A stretch of 64,000 bases of DNA from Erysipelotrichaceae bacterium (GCA_017445225.1 JAFSUN010000004.1:3280-67279), one strand, 5' to 3'; positions 9,114-19,075 are shown, counted from the first letter of the stretch. A program made the numbers and translations. Notes: generated by a model from the sequence alone, not told the origin.

Positions 9114-12100
9114 CTAGTCCTGAAATCTCCTTCTGTATGTCAGCATTACATATGCCGCACCGATCAGAGATACGCCGTACAGGCTTACCCACAGACCTAA
9201 GTTGGATGAATCACCGGTATCCGGAGAAGTTCTCTCACGGAAGCTGATGACAACATCGGTATTCTCATTGATCTTGATGGTCAGCTTGCCCTTCTTGTCG
9301 GCCTTGACTTCTTCACCGTTTACGGTGATGACATCGATCTCATAACCCTCATCTGGTGTGATGGTAATGGTGATGCTCTCGCCGTTTACGACATCAGCGT
9401 CAGCGACGTCAGCGACACCGTGTTCGCCAACTTCAACATGGACACTGTAGGTCTCATTGCCGAGTGAGTAGGACTGGCTGCTGCCTTCGCCGCTGTTGAC
9501 TTCCTTGTTGGAAATTGAGATTTCAGTCTCAGTTTCCGGATCAAGTGAATTGAAGGTCAGTTCAGCAACAACCTCATCATTGTCAACACCCTCTTCGGAG
9601 ATGAATCCGAATACAGCCTTGCCGGCTTCGGTATCGACGTTGAAGGCATTGTAGGCTTCCTCTGATGAATAGCTTACCAGTTCAGCCTTTTCAGGATCCC
9701 AGGTAACTTCGTATAAACCGTTGGTGGCCTTGCCGTCTTCAGCAACAGCTGTTAAGGCTACGGTCATTCCGTTCGGGTTCTCGCCTTCCTCAGGCATGTC
9801 AGCATCGATGATCTCAGAATCGAATAATACGTGCGGATTATCGAATACGGTAACGGAGTTGAGTCCGCCCTTGACCTTATGATCGCTCGGTTCTCTGATT
9901 GGCTTGAGATCAGCTGTTTCCAGTTCAATCTTTCTGATTTCCGGAGTCAGACCCTTGAAGCGGTTGCCCGCATCCCCGCCTTCACCCTGGAGTTCAAACA
10001 GACCGGTTGCCGGCCAGACGTCCTTGCCGAAGGATGCCTGGTAGACGACGCCCCATTCATCGGCCGTGCCAATGATCTCAGCGCTGGACTCAAAATTGTA
10101 CTTGGCCCAGTATAACTCTTCATCTGCACCGACGTAAATTGACTGCCAGATAGTGTTATCAGCTTCCATTCCAAACTCGAAGTATGGAACTCCATCTTCC
10201 TGGAAAGTAATAAGATAGTTTTCCGGGCTGATACCGATCATGTATACACCGCCGCTCTGGGTCAGTACGGCATAGACGCTGAAGTTATAGCCGGCGTATG
10301 GCATGGTGAAGTAATAGCCTAAGCCAATGATGCTTTCACCGCCGATATACTCTGAAAGGTCGAAGCCGTTTCCAGGGATGGAGCCCGTGGTTACGTCAAC
10401 TTTTAACATCCAGGTCGAGAAAGCAGTAAACATCGTGTTGCCGACGCCATCATCAAACGGTGCCAGGTCGGTAAAGCCAACCATCTGAGTACCGCCTAAT
10501 GCGGTCGTTTCAAAGGTAACAGGGTCGATCCTGTAGAGGACACCATCGCCCATCGTGGTATCGGCGTCATAGGTTCCGCCGTAGAGGTTACCGTCAGCGC
10601 CATAGGCAATGGCGGTCAGACGGTCTCTTAAGGCTGTCCCATGCAGAGGGGTGTAATCCGGTAAGTCACCGACATCAAATTCGGAGATCCAGACACTGCC
10701 ATTCTCATCCCAGACAACGCCGTTAAGCTTCTTGTTGATCTTGAAGACGGTGATCGTTGCACTGTCGCTCTTTTCGGGATCGATTACGCTGGTAGCGGTA
10801 ATGGTGGTAGAACCAACCTTCTTAGCGGTTACGACACCCTTGGCATCAACGGTAGCGATGGACTCATCTTCGGACTTCCAGGTTACATCTTCCTTAACGC
10901 CCCATGGAGATACGGTGGCCTTGAGAGTTACCTTCTGATTGACGAAGGTATTGACTTCCTTCGGGCTGACGGTTACGGTAACTTCCTCGTTTTCCAGTTC
11001 GTCCTCATTGAGGTTGATCTTGTAAGTTGTGCAGTTAGCGGCGTAGTCATAGATCTCAACCATCAGGTGTTCGCTGTATCTTTCAGAGATATCGAAGTCG
11101 ATGCTCATCTCAGCGCCTTCGGCAGCCTCTTCATCAGCGCCTACGGCATCATAGACGTAAACATCTCCCTCATATTCGTTATACAGGGCAATGGCAGAAA
11201 TGTACTGATTGTCCTGAGCCGTGATCGTAATGCCTGTAATGTCGCCATTTTCATCGCCGGTTACTTCAATGTCCTTGATTTCCGGAGCGGTATTGTCAAT
11301 TCTGACAGAGGTGGAGGTGAAGGCACCAGGTCCAACCTTATCCCAGTTGACCTTGCCGTTTTCCAGATAGTATTCCGGAGCAAAGGCCAGAGTCATGGTC
11401 AGGGTTTCGCCTTCCTTAACATCTTCAGGGATGTACTCAACTTCCATGGTGTAGTAAGTATTATACCATCTTGCCTGATTTACATGGTAGAAGGCCGGAA
11501 TCATCTGTTCCTCGGAAACTTCTGCAAGTACCTTGCCTGATGAATCCGTGATCGTGTATTTGCCTTCGGCAGCCGCTCTGATCTGGGTATGCCGACGTCC
11601 GTAAATCATGGTATCACCACTGATGGCGTCTCTTTCCGGATGATAGGTTTCATCGCTGATCATCGGGTTGCCGCCCAGCAGATAATAGCCGCTTTCGCCC
11701 GGGTACTGGATCAGAGTAGCCTGTACATTCTGCTGCTGGTGAGCAACAAAGGTGTAGCTGAGTCTGTCTTCCGTACCGGCCAGGTATTCTTCATATGAAC
11801 CGATGTCGGTCATGGACGGTTCCGTCCAGCTGCCATAGTAGCCGATGACCGGGATTGAATGCTCAACACCGGCATCGCCTTCTTCGCTGGCCTCTTCGGT
11901 AGCGAACAGGTAGCCTTCGATCCAGGCGCCATAGTAATCATATTTGTCAATATCCTTCAGGGTAACGTCGGCGGTGATGGTGGTTGAACCGTCAGCCGGG
12001 ACGAAGGCATTGCCCTTATTCAGGATGTTCAGGGCCAGATAGGCGTCATGGGTATCGATGTCGCCGTCTTCATCCAGGTCAGCATTTTCCTCAAAGTTGA

Positions 12101-14774
12101 TGGTATCATGCAGACCGACAACGTATTCAAGCATGTACTGAGCGTCGTCCTTGTCATAGTCACCATCGCCATCGAAGTCATACAGAGCTCCCATGTCTTC
12201 CATCGGAACGTATTCCTCGCCATTGACGGTCCAGACAATGTCAGCGGTCAGCGGAACAGTCATCGTGTCTTCATAGTCGGAATAGGTTATTCCGATATTT
12301 CCTTCAGCATCCGGAATTGACGGTGCATAGTAGAAGAAGTTGTCCTGGGTGAAGAATTCACCGTTGAGTTCATAGGTTACATCCTGATCAGTCAGGTTGT
12401 TCAAGGTAAAGGTTACGGTGAACTTGCCGTTTCTGTCCGGATCATCACCGAGTTCAACCTTGATCTTGCCGTCCTTGGCACTCTTGGTGGCACTTTCGTC
12501 CATCATGACGAAGGTCTTGGCAGAGGTAGCCTTATCGATGGCAACAAGACCTGAGCCCTGCTGCATTACCGGATAGTAGCTGCCGGAGTTGCCGTCGATC
12601 AACGGAGTAGCCGTGGACATTAACAGGCTGTTGGTCAGCTGTCTCTGGGTCAGACCGCTCTTGGCAAGCAGGTCGTTTTCCCTGATGTACTGAGCCAGAA
12701 CGCCGATCAGGCCGGTGACCTGAGGAGCAGCCATGGAAGTACCGGACATCAGCTCGTAAGCCTGTCCGCCGGCAACGGCACCGTTTACTGAATAGATGTT
12801 TCCGCCAGGTGCGGTGATTTCCGGCTTCAGTGTCAGATCGCCCGGAATGCCCCAGCTGGAGAAATCACTCATTGTATAGTATTCGCTGTTGTAGGACTCG
12901 GAAGCAATGTCTTCAGCATGGCTGATCTTGCCGATGTAATAGTTGATCGTTGTTTCCTTGTCGTCAGGATAGGTGAAGGTGTAGCTTCCGGTTTCTGAAG
13001 CATTGGCCTTCAGCTTGCCGCCATCTTCCAAAGTAATGGAAACGCACGGATTCGTATAACTGTAGCCGGTCAGGTTCATGTTGATGACACCGGCAGTATT
13101 GTTGACGATGATGGTCGCAACAGCACCGGCTTCAACACAGACGTTGCCCTTGGCGAAGAATGAGCTGGAGCCACGGTTAACGGCTGCCACCTTGCCTTCG
13201 ACCAGATCAGCGATCGGTTCAATCAGGCTGACGCCGCCCTCTTCCGGGTTGGCGCTCATGCCGGCGCAGTCAATGTAGATGTAATCATATTCCTGGCCGA
13301 TGAGGGTCGTGATCGGCTTGTTGCTGTAACCGCTGGTCTCATTGTAGAAGATCATGTCGTCGCCGACCTTCAGGTAAGCGCCGGTAACGCCGTCATTCTC
13401 TACGGAAGCAACGGACAGGGAATTGGCATAGGTGGCCGGTGAGCCGCCGGTTGCCCAGCTGCCGCTCTCCAGGTATGGATAGGTTAATCCGGAGATCGCC
13501 TGTCCCGGAGTAGCGAACTGATACCAGTGATAGCTGTTTCCGGCTGAGTTGACCCATACCAGAGCGCTCTTGGCGAGCTTGTTCAGGATGGCTTCATAAG
13601 TCGTATTGACGGTAAAGCCCGGATAGGCGCCGCCTAATGACAGGTTGACGGAATCACATCCTAAGACGATGGCGTCTTCAATGGCGCTCATGTAGTCGGA
13701 ATCGTAGGCGCCGCCGCCCTTTCCGAAGACCTTCATGACGTAAAGCTGAGCATCAGGTGCTTCGCCCTGGGTTCTTACTTCTTCCAGTGCATTGACGAAT
13801 TCACCGTTCTTCTCAACAAAACGGTTAGCTGCCGCAATACCGGCTACATGGGAACCGTGTTCACCCTGGTTATCGGTATCATGGGTAACTTCGAGGTCCT
13901 GGTCAACATAGTTGATGGCATAAGGCACCTTGGTTGACAGATAAGCGCTGGAAGCGCTATTGATGAACTTCGAAGCATTCAGCTGACTCCAGACATCGGC
14001 GATATCGGATGCGGTTGCCAGCTTGATGTCCTTGCCGTCAGCCCTGACTTCCTCGATGGCATGGTCAAAGGCCTTTGCATCAAAGGAGCGGTGGTCGGTA
14101 TCCAGACCGGTATCGACGATGGCGACCTTGCTGCCGGCACCGGTATATCCGGCGGCCCACAGCAGCTGGGCACCGGTCATGCCGGTAGCGTTGGAGTTAT
14201 TAGGTCCTTCCGATTTCTTGGCATCATCAGGTGCATACATGTTTTCAATGGCAACATCCTTGACACCTTCAATGGCCTTGATCCTGTCAATGTCATTTAC
14301 GTCTACATAGGCGGAAATGATGTTGGCAGCCAAGGTCAGGTTCCAGACGACATCAAGCTTGCCGCCGTTCAGAACTTCCTTCTCAATTCTGGAAGTAACG
14401 GCTGACTGCTTGGCAGCCAGGGAGCTGCGGTAATACAGCGCCTGGGCGGTGCCGATCTTGTCATTGGCATAACGATCGAGAGTGGCCTGACCATCAACGA
14501 CGATGGAAACACGGATCTTTCCTTCCTTGACATAAGTCTCTTCAAAGGCAAGCTTGTCTTCGTTCTTCAGAGACAGTCCGACGAATTTTCCGTTTTCGAT
14601 CTTCTCCCAGGTAACACCCTTGTTGCTGCCTGAGGAAGGTACGACCTCTTCGGATGGCTCAGAGCCGGTATCTTCTGCTCTAACTACGTTAGCGTAATTG
14701 GTTACTGTTCCCAGCATCATCGACAGAGATAATACTAAAGCCAGTAATCCGTTAAAGATTCCCCTCTTCTTCAT
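9114..14774 (-). CDS. Cell-wall-anchored multidomain subtilisin-like (S8) serine protease, lactocepin/C5a-peptidase-like
   Basis: 1886 aa with a signal peptide. Catalytic motifs are VAIVDTG (D221), HGSHVAG (H306) and GTSMAAP (S680), with a PA-like insert between His and Ser. A Big_2-like module covers aa 1265-1344. The C-terminus has SPDTG, a hydrophobic helix and RRRFQD. Confidence 0.9.
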   Translation of the reverse strand: MKKRGIFNGLLALVLSLSMMLGTVTNYANVVRAEDTGSEPSEEVVPSSGSNKGVTWEKIENGKFVGLSLKNEDKLAFEETYVKEGKIRVSIVVDGQATLDRYANDKIGTAQALYYRSSLAAKQSAVTSRIEKEVLNGGKLDVVWNLTLAANIISAYVDVNDIDRIKAIEGVKDVAIENMYAPDDAKKSEGPNNSNATGMTGAQLLWAAGYTGAGSKVAIVDTGLDTDHRSFDAKAFDHAIEEVRADGKDIKLATASDIADVWSQLNASKFINSASSAYLSTKVPYAINYVDQDLEVTHDTDNQGEHGSHVAGIAAANRFVEKNGEFVNALEEVRTQGEAPDAQLYVMKVFGKGGGAYDSDYMSAIEDAIVLGCDSVNLSLGGAYPGFTVNTTYEAILNKLAKSALVWVNSAGNSYHWYQFATPGQAISGLTYPYLESGSWATGGSPATYANSLSVASVENDGVTGAYLKVGDDMIFYNETSGYSNKPITTLIGQEYDYIYIDCAGMSANPEEGGVSLIEPIADLVEGKVAAVNRGSSSFFAKGNVCVEAGAVATIIVNNTAGVINMNLTGYSYTNPCVSITLEDGGKLKANASETGSYTFTYPDDKETTINYYIGKISHAEDIASESYNSEYYTMSDFSSWGIPGDLTLKPEITAPGGNIYSVNGAVAGGQAYELMSGTSMAAPQVTGLIGVLAQYIRENDLLAKSGLTQRQLTNSLLMSTATPLIDGNSGSYYPVMQQGSGLVAIDKATSAKTFVMMDESATKSAKDGKIKVELGDDPDRNGKFTVTFTLNNLTDQDVTYELNGEFFTQDNFFYYAPSIPDAEGNIGITYSDYEDTMTVPLTADIVWTVNGEEYVPMEDMGALYDFDGDGDYDKDDAQYMLEYVVGLHDTINFEENADLDEDGDIDTHDAYLALNILNKGNAFVPADGSTTITADVTLKDIDKYDYYGAWIEGYLFATEEASEEGDAGVEHSIPVIGYYGSWTEPSMTDIGSYEEYLAGTEDRLSYTFVAHQQQNVQATLIQYPGESGYYLLGGNPMISDETYHPERDAISGDTMIYGRRHTQIRAAAEGKYTITDSSGKVLAEVSEEQMIPAFYHVNQARWYNTYYTMEVEYIPEDVKEGETLTMTLAFAPEYYLENGKVNWDKVGPGAFTSTSVRIDNTAPEIKDIEVTGDENGDITGITITAQDNQYISAIALYNEYEGDVYVYDAVGADEEAAEGAEMSIDFDISERYSEHLMVEIYDYAANCTTYKINLNEDELENEEVTVTVSPKEVNTFVNQKVTLKATVSPWGVKEDVTWKSEDESIATVDAKGVVTAKKVGSTTITATSVIDPEKSDSATITVFKINKKLNGVVWDENGSVWISEFDVGDLPDYTPLHGTALRDRLTAIAYGADGNLYGGTYDADTTMGDGVLYRIDPVTFETTALGGTQMVGFTDLAPFDDGVGNTMFTAFSTWMLKVDVTTGSIPGNGFDLSEYIGGESIIGLGYYFTMPYAGYNFSVYAVLTQSGGVYMIGISPENYLITFQEDGVPYFEFGMEADNTIWQSIYVGADEELYWAKYNFESSAEIIGTADEWGVVYQASFGKDVWPATGLFELQGEGGDAGNRFKGLTPEIRKIELETADLKPIREPSDHKVKGGLNSVTVFDNPHVLFDSEIIDADMPEEGENPNGMTVALTAVAEDGKATNGLYEVTWDPEKAELVSYSSEEAYNAFNVDTEAGKAVFGFISEEGVDNDEVVAELTFNSLDPETETEISISNKEVNSGEGSSQSYSLGNETYSVHVEVGEHGVADVADADVVNGESITITITPDEGYEIDVITVNGEEVKADKKGKLTIKINENTDVVISFRERTSPDTGDSSNLGLWVSLYGVSLIGAAYVMLTYRRRFQD

Positions 14775-14818
14775 AAAATCCTCCCTTCAAATAGGTTAAA
14801 AAAAACTCATAGCATTAT

Positions 14819-14827
14819 TTTATACCA
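14819..14827 (-). promoter_or_regulatory. Candidate extended -10 promoter of the protease gene
   Basis: Minus strand reads TGGTATAAA about 45 nt upstream of the ATG. The -35 is weak. Confidence 0.4.
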
Positions 14828-14925
14828 ACAGTCCCTGAATTGAAACAGAAAACACTGCAATTTTTACAATTTTTACTAATATTTACATTGCTTACATCAA
14901 AAATATGTAAATGTTTACATTTTCT

Positions 14926-14954
14926 TTGAAAACCTGTTTTCGATAATATATAAT
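14926..14954 (+). promoter_or_regulatory. Sigma-A promoter of the M28 peptidase gene
   Basis: TTGAAA (14926-14931), 17-nt spacer, TATAAT (14949-14954). RBS GAGAGG precedes the ATG at 14983. Confidence 0.7.
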
Positions 14955-14982
14955 CACTGTATATAAACGAGAGGTACTATAT

Positions 14983-16302
14983 ATGGATAAGAATCGCGCA
15001 TGGGATCTGCTGAATGAAATCAGCTTTGTACGTGTTGCCGGAACTAAGGAGGAACTGAAGGCCGCCAACATTCTCAAGAAGGCTGCCGAAGCCGCCGGTG
15101 CCGAAGCCGTCATCGAGGACTTCGAGATCGAAGAAGCCACCATTTCCGAAGCCACGCTGGAAGTGCTGGAGCCTGAATACTGCCGTTATCCGGTCATTGG
15201 CATCGGCAAGACCAAAAACACCAAAAAGGAAGGTGTTGTCGGCGGCTTCAAGTATCTGGAAAACGTCAAGGAAGCCAACCTCGCTGACATCAAGGACAAG
15301 ATCGTCCTGATGCAGGGTCGGGTCAGACCCGACATGATGAAGAAGATCGCCGAGAAAGGCGCTCTTGGCTACATCATGATCGGCGGTGACTTCTACGAAG
15401 AGGAAAGCATCAAGAACGAGTTAAGGCCGTCAAATGCCTTCGGCAAGGACAATCCGCTGCCGGGCTTACGGATCCACATCGACAATGCCGAAAAACTCGT
15501 CCGTTCCAACCCTACCAAGGTCAGAATGGTCTTCCGCAACCGCAATAAGAAAGGAACCAGCCACAATGTCATCGCCACCATCCCGGGAACCGACTTAAAG
15601 GACGAGGTGATCGCCTTCAGCGCTCACTATGACTCCGTTCCCTACTCCAAGGGCAGCTGGGATAACGGCACCGGTTCCGTCAGCATCATGGAACTGCTGC
15701 ACTACTTCATCCAGAACCGTCCGAGAAGGACCCTGAAATTCATCTGGTGCGGTTCCGAGGAAATCGGCCTGGTTGGCTCCCGGAAGTATTGCGAAAAGCA
15801 CAAGGATGAACTCGACAAGTACATCTTCAACATCAACTTCGACATGACCGGCGTCACGCTGGGTTATGAATTCGTCTGCTGCTCCTGCTCCGAAGACACG
15901 CTGCATGCCATCCAGTATGTAGCTGACCTGGAAAACTACGCCCTTTCCACCGAACTGGGCACCTATTCCTCCGACTCCAGCAGCTTTGCGGGAGCCGGCG
16001 TACCGGCCTGTACCTTCGCCAGACTGAACCCCAGAGGCGGAGCACAGATCCACAATCACCACGATAACATGGATCACCTGGATCCCGATTCCTTCATGAT
16101 CACCATCAACTTCGTGGCCAAGTTCGCTGACCAGATTGCCAATGCGCCGGTCAACCCGATCCCGCGCCGCTTCGCTGAATCCGTCCAGAAGAAGATGGAT
16201 GAAATGAAGAAATTCATGGGCCGGGACGAGAAGAAGGACAAGGATAAGAAGGACAAGAAGGATAAGGACGCCAAGCCGGAAAAGAAGGAAAAGGACAAAT
16301 GA
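14983..16302 (+). CDS. M28-family metallo-aminopeptidase with a Lys/Asp-rich C-terminal tail
   Basis: Motifs SAHYDSVP and WDNGTGS, and a GSEE metal-ligand pattern. 439 aa. Tail: RDEKKDKDKKDKKDKDAKPEKKEKDK. Confidence 0.8.
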   Translation: MDKNRAWDLLNEISFVRVAGTKEELKAANILKKAAEAAGAEAVIEDFEIEEATISEATLEVLEPEYCRYPVIGIGKTKNTKKEGVVGGFKYLENVKEANLADIKDKIVLMQGRVRPDMMKKIAEKGALGYIMIGGDFYEEESIKNELRPSNAFGKDNPLPGLRIHIDNAEKLVRSNPTKVRMVFRNRNKKGTSHNVIATIPGTDLKDEVIAFSAHYDSVPYSKGSWDNGTGSVSIMELLHYFIQNRPRRTLKFIWCGSEEIGLVGSRKYCEKHKDELDKYIFNINFDMTGVTLGYEFVCCSCSEDTLHAIQYVADLENYALSTELGTYSSDSSSFAGAGVPACTFARLNPRGGAQIHNHHDNMDHLDPDSFMITINFVAKFADQIANAPVNPIPRRFAESVQKKMDEMKKFMGRDEKKDKDKKDKKDKDAKPEKKEKDK

Positions 16303-16434
16303 TGAATAAGGATGACATCTCCTGAAGGATGCCATCCTTTCTCTTCCACCCCGAATTCCCGAAAACCGCCATTACAGACATTACAGATATGATATTATTA
16401 ATTCAGAGGAAACCCTGACAGAAAGGTGATCAGC

Positions 16435-17232
16435 ATGGAATACCGACGGCTCCCCTTCGAGCAGTACTTCATCAACACCAGTGAAGACCGCAACAATACC
16501 GGAAAGAAGACGTATACGGTCGTATACACGCCTTTCGTATACAATGACGGCGGCTTCTCCGAGATGCTGAAGATCGAGCACGAAATGAATTTTGAGATCC
16601 ATTATGAGCCGGACCGGGACGTGATCCAGATCAACTTCCAGAAGACCGTCGGCATGCGGGACTGGTTCGTCAATGTCCTGCAGCAGTCGATCAGGTACTA
16701 CGATGCCATCGATTTTGAGGATGAAAAACTGCAGCTGATGGTCCATCACGGCTGGGGCAACATGTACCGTTCGATCAAATACGACATCAGAGACTCCTGG
16801 GAGTTTCTCCAACGTGAGCATCCCCAGGCCGAGACCGAGATCGTCGGCTGGTCCTTAGGCGCCAGCCAGGCCATTCTCTGTGCCCAGGACCTCAATTACA
16901 ACTTCGGACTGAAGCCTCATCTGATCACCTTCGGCTCGGTTTCACCCTTCGTGGCCCTTAAGGACGAGCGCCAGCGCATGCGCCGCTATCTCGACACCAT
17001 CTGCAAGGAATGCTGGAACTTTGCCGACCTCAACGACATCATCTCCTACCTGCCCCCTTTCCGGGGAGCGATGATGATCCGCCGGGTCAATGTTTCCACC
17101 GAAGGCAGCCGGTCATTGGGGCGTCTGTTAAAGCCGTCTTATTACCATATGGCCTATGACCGTCAGGAACTCTATCAGGACCTGGAAGACGGAGATACTG
17201 AAGAGACTGATTTTGACCACCCAAAAAGCTGA
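16435..17232 (+). CDS. Class-3 lipase-like alpha/beta hydrolase
   Basis: GWSLGAS nucleophile elbow (GxSxG). ATG at 16435 lies 6 nt after AAAGGTGA; the ORF-track start at 16426 is a GTG inside the RBS. Confidence 0.6.
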   Translation: MEYRRLPFEQYFINTSEDRNNTGKKTYTVVYTPFVYNDGGFSEMLKIEHEMNFEIHYEPDRDVIQINFQKTVGMRDWFVNVLQQSIRYYDAIDFEDEKLQLMVHHGWGNMYRSIKYDIRDSWEFLQREHPQAETEIVGWSLGASQAILCAQDLNYNFGLKPHLITFGSVSPFVALKDERQRMRRYLDTICKECWNFADLNDIISYLPPFRGAMMIRRVNVSTEGSRSLGRLLKPSYYHMAYDRQELYQDLEDGDTEETDFDHPKS

Positions 17233-17248
17233 CAGCGTCAGCTTTTTT
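17223..17248. terminator. Bidirectional terminator between the lipase-like and C-N hydrolase genes
   Basis: AAAAGCTGAC-AGC-GTCAGCTTTT, flanked by an A-run and a T-run. Confidence 0.7.
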
Positions 17249-17307
17249 CATGTATTTACAGTGTTTCATTGAGGAAAATGATCATTGGCGATGTCATTTT
17301 CTTTTTT

Positions 17308-18018
17308 TCAAGCCTCTGTAATCAGCACCGCTTCCGTATCAAACGGAATCCTTTCCACGATCTTCCCTTTGCAGAAATGAAAGGCACCGCCATGGCTGAC
17401 CGGATCACGGTCAAGCGGATTTACCATCAGGGCCTCTTGGCAGACCAGGGCTGCCTGATTCGCATAGTCCTGTACCAGGCCATCCTGCCACTGCTCAAGC
17501 GAGTAGTTTACATAGACCGGCCATAATAACAACCCGTCAGTTCTAAATCTCTCCGGAAACTCCCAGAGGTCGCCGCAAAGGGCGATCATCATCTTCCTTC
17601 CCCGGAAAAGGAAATCCGTGACCTCATTGCCTTCACAGTAGTGATCATCAGTTCTGGTGTATTCCTTCCAGCCTTTGGAGATCCGGCGGTAGTTATGGAT
17701 GATCTTTCCGCCGTCGATCACGGCACAGGAGGAGTAGATGCTCTCCTGATCCCGCTCCAGGTAGCCCAGCAACAGAGCCGTTTGATACTTAACGGTCCAG
17801 TTTTTCAACTGCTGAAACGTCGGTGAATCCCTGGTAATGGCGACATTCCGGTCGCTTTCATAATTCCAGCTGAGGGCATCAAAGCCCTGCAGAAAAGCCT
17901 CGCCAAAGCACAGCAGATCCGCCCTTCCCTCATTCAGCTTCAGAAAGCGTTCGATCTGGCTCAGGTTAAAAGCCGTATTTCCGTTCTCACTGCGGCAGCT
18001 TACCAGTCCAATCTTCAC
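17308..18018 (-). CDS. Carbon-nitrogen hydrolase (nitrilase superfamily) protein
   Basis: FGEAF (Glu), a conserved Lys region and ALCGDLWEFP (Cys) fit the E-K-C triad. 236 aa, GTG start after GGGGAGATG. Confidence 0.75.
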   Translation of the reverse strand: MKIGLVSCRSENGNTAFNLSQIERFLKLNEGRADLLCFGEAFLQGFDALSWNYESDRNVAITRDSPTFQQLKNWTVKYQTALLLGYLERDQESIYSSCAVIDGGKIIHNYRRISKGWKEYTRTDDHYCEGNEVTDFLFRGRKMMIALCGDLWEFPERFRTDGLLLWPVYVNYSLEQWQDGLVQDYANQAALVCQEALMVNPLDRDPVSHGGAFHFCKGKIVERIPFDTEAVLITEA

Positions 18019-18102
18019 GGCACATCTCCCCTTTTCTTACTTAACAGTATAGCACACAGAAGAAAATCACCGGATGGGTGATTTTCTGACCATGATTCGG
18101 TT

Positions 18103-18573
18103 TTAGTTCAGTACGGCATCATAGCCGTTTACCCGGTCTCCGGTAATGGTAATGGGATAGCACCTGCCAAAATCAGCCGTCAGGGTAATTGGTTCCAAAT
18201 ACCTTACCAGTTCTTCGGGGTAAATGTTATCAAAGTTCGGGTCGCAATACTCGGTCACGATGCGAAACCGCATTTTCAAAGTGACCGTATCGCCCAGGCC
18301 TTCATAATCACTTTTATGGAAATTCCAGTAGAGAACATCATCATGTCTGATCAGCGAACGGTCTGCGTTCGAGACCCCGCCGCCGCCTTCATGCCCGTCA
18401 ACGCTGTGATCCATTACCAGTAAGCCGATGTCTTCCTTCAGGTCCAGCTGAACCCTGAACATGATCTCATCTGCCTGCGGTTTCGGCGGACAGGTGCTTT
18501 GAATGTACAGCACGGCAGCGATGATGAGGGCTGCCAGGCCAACGAGGATCGCAATTCCCTTTTTTCCTCTCAC
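18103..18573 (-). CDS. Hypothetical membrane-anchored protein
   Basis: 156 aa with an N-terminal hydrophobic anchor IAILVGLAALIIAAVLYI. Strong RBS AGGAGGAAGG before the GTG. I recognise no family. Confidence 0.6.
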   Translation of the reverse strand: MRGKKGIAILVGLAALIIAAVLYIQSTCPPKPQADEIMFRVQLDLKEDIGLLVMDHSVDGHEGGGGVSNADRSLIRHDDVLYWNFHKSDYEGLGDTVTLKMRFRIVTEYCDPNFDNIYPEELVRYLEPITLTADFGRCYPITITGDRVNGYDAVLN

Positions 18574-18661
18574 GGTTCCTTCCTCCTGTCATGATTCTTT
18601 ATCGTAAATTGTACTGACATCAGGCCTTTTCAACAAGCAGCTGTCGTCAATCTTAATAATT

Positions 18662-18712
18662 TCATAATAAAACCCCTGACCGTACCTTGTCTGTTACAGA
18701 ATCCGGTCAGGG
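18662..18712 (-). terminator. Terminator of ssrA
   Basis: Arms CCCTGACCG/CGGTCAGGG (18674-18682, 18704-18712), followed by GTTTTATTATG on the minus strand. Confidence 0.65.
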
Positions 18713-18719
18713 ATCATTC

Positions 18720-19075
18720 GGTGGAAGTGAGGGGAATCGAACCCCTGTCCAAAACGTGCCTCACATTCAGATGTCTACAGTTTAGTTCATCATTGGGTTT
18801 AACAGGATTACCGTGATGAGCAGCGGATCATCCTGCGATCTCCATGAGTTTTCGTCACCGGGTTATTGAGAATTACCGATGCTTATCCTTTGTCTTTGAC
18901 ACCAATTCCTGCCCCATTGGAGAAGACAGGATTGACGGCTGCGAGCTATTTATTCAGCTACTAAGCAGCGAAAGCTAACTGACGGTTGTCGGTTATATTT
19001 AATTTTCGATCTTTGAGGCAATCACGCCACTGCAACCTGAATCCAACATCGCCCTGTCGAAACCAAGACACCCCC
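18720..19075 (-). ncRNA. ssrA: tmRNA (transfer-messenger RNA)
   Basis: 5' end GGGGGUGUCUUGGUUUCGACAGGG and 3' end GGACAGGGGUUCGAUUCCCCUCACUUCCACC form a tRNA-Ala-like acceptor with G3:U70. An internal reading frame reads ...GAC AAC CGU CAG UUA GCU UUC GCU GCU UAG UAG (..DNRQLAFAA, double stop). Length 356 nt. Confidence 0.92.

Noticed and set aside
14918-14934. CodY-box-like palindrome CATTTTCTTTGAAAACC overlapping the M28 -35
   Set aside because: The CodY consensus AATTTTCWGAAAATT has a 1-nt centre, whereas this sequence has a 3-nt centre and imperfect arms. The resemblance is too weak to call without a genome-wide motif model.
18103-19075. Genomic island integrated at the tmRNA 3' end, or at tRNA-Pro or tRNA-Ala
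   Set aside because: No integrase gene, no direct repeat of the tRNA or tmRNA 3' end, and no compositional shift appears next to any of the three RNA genes.
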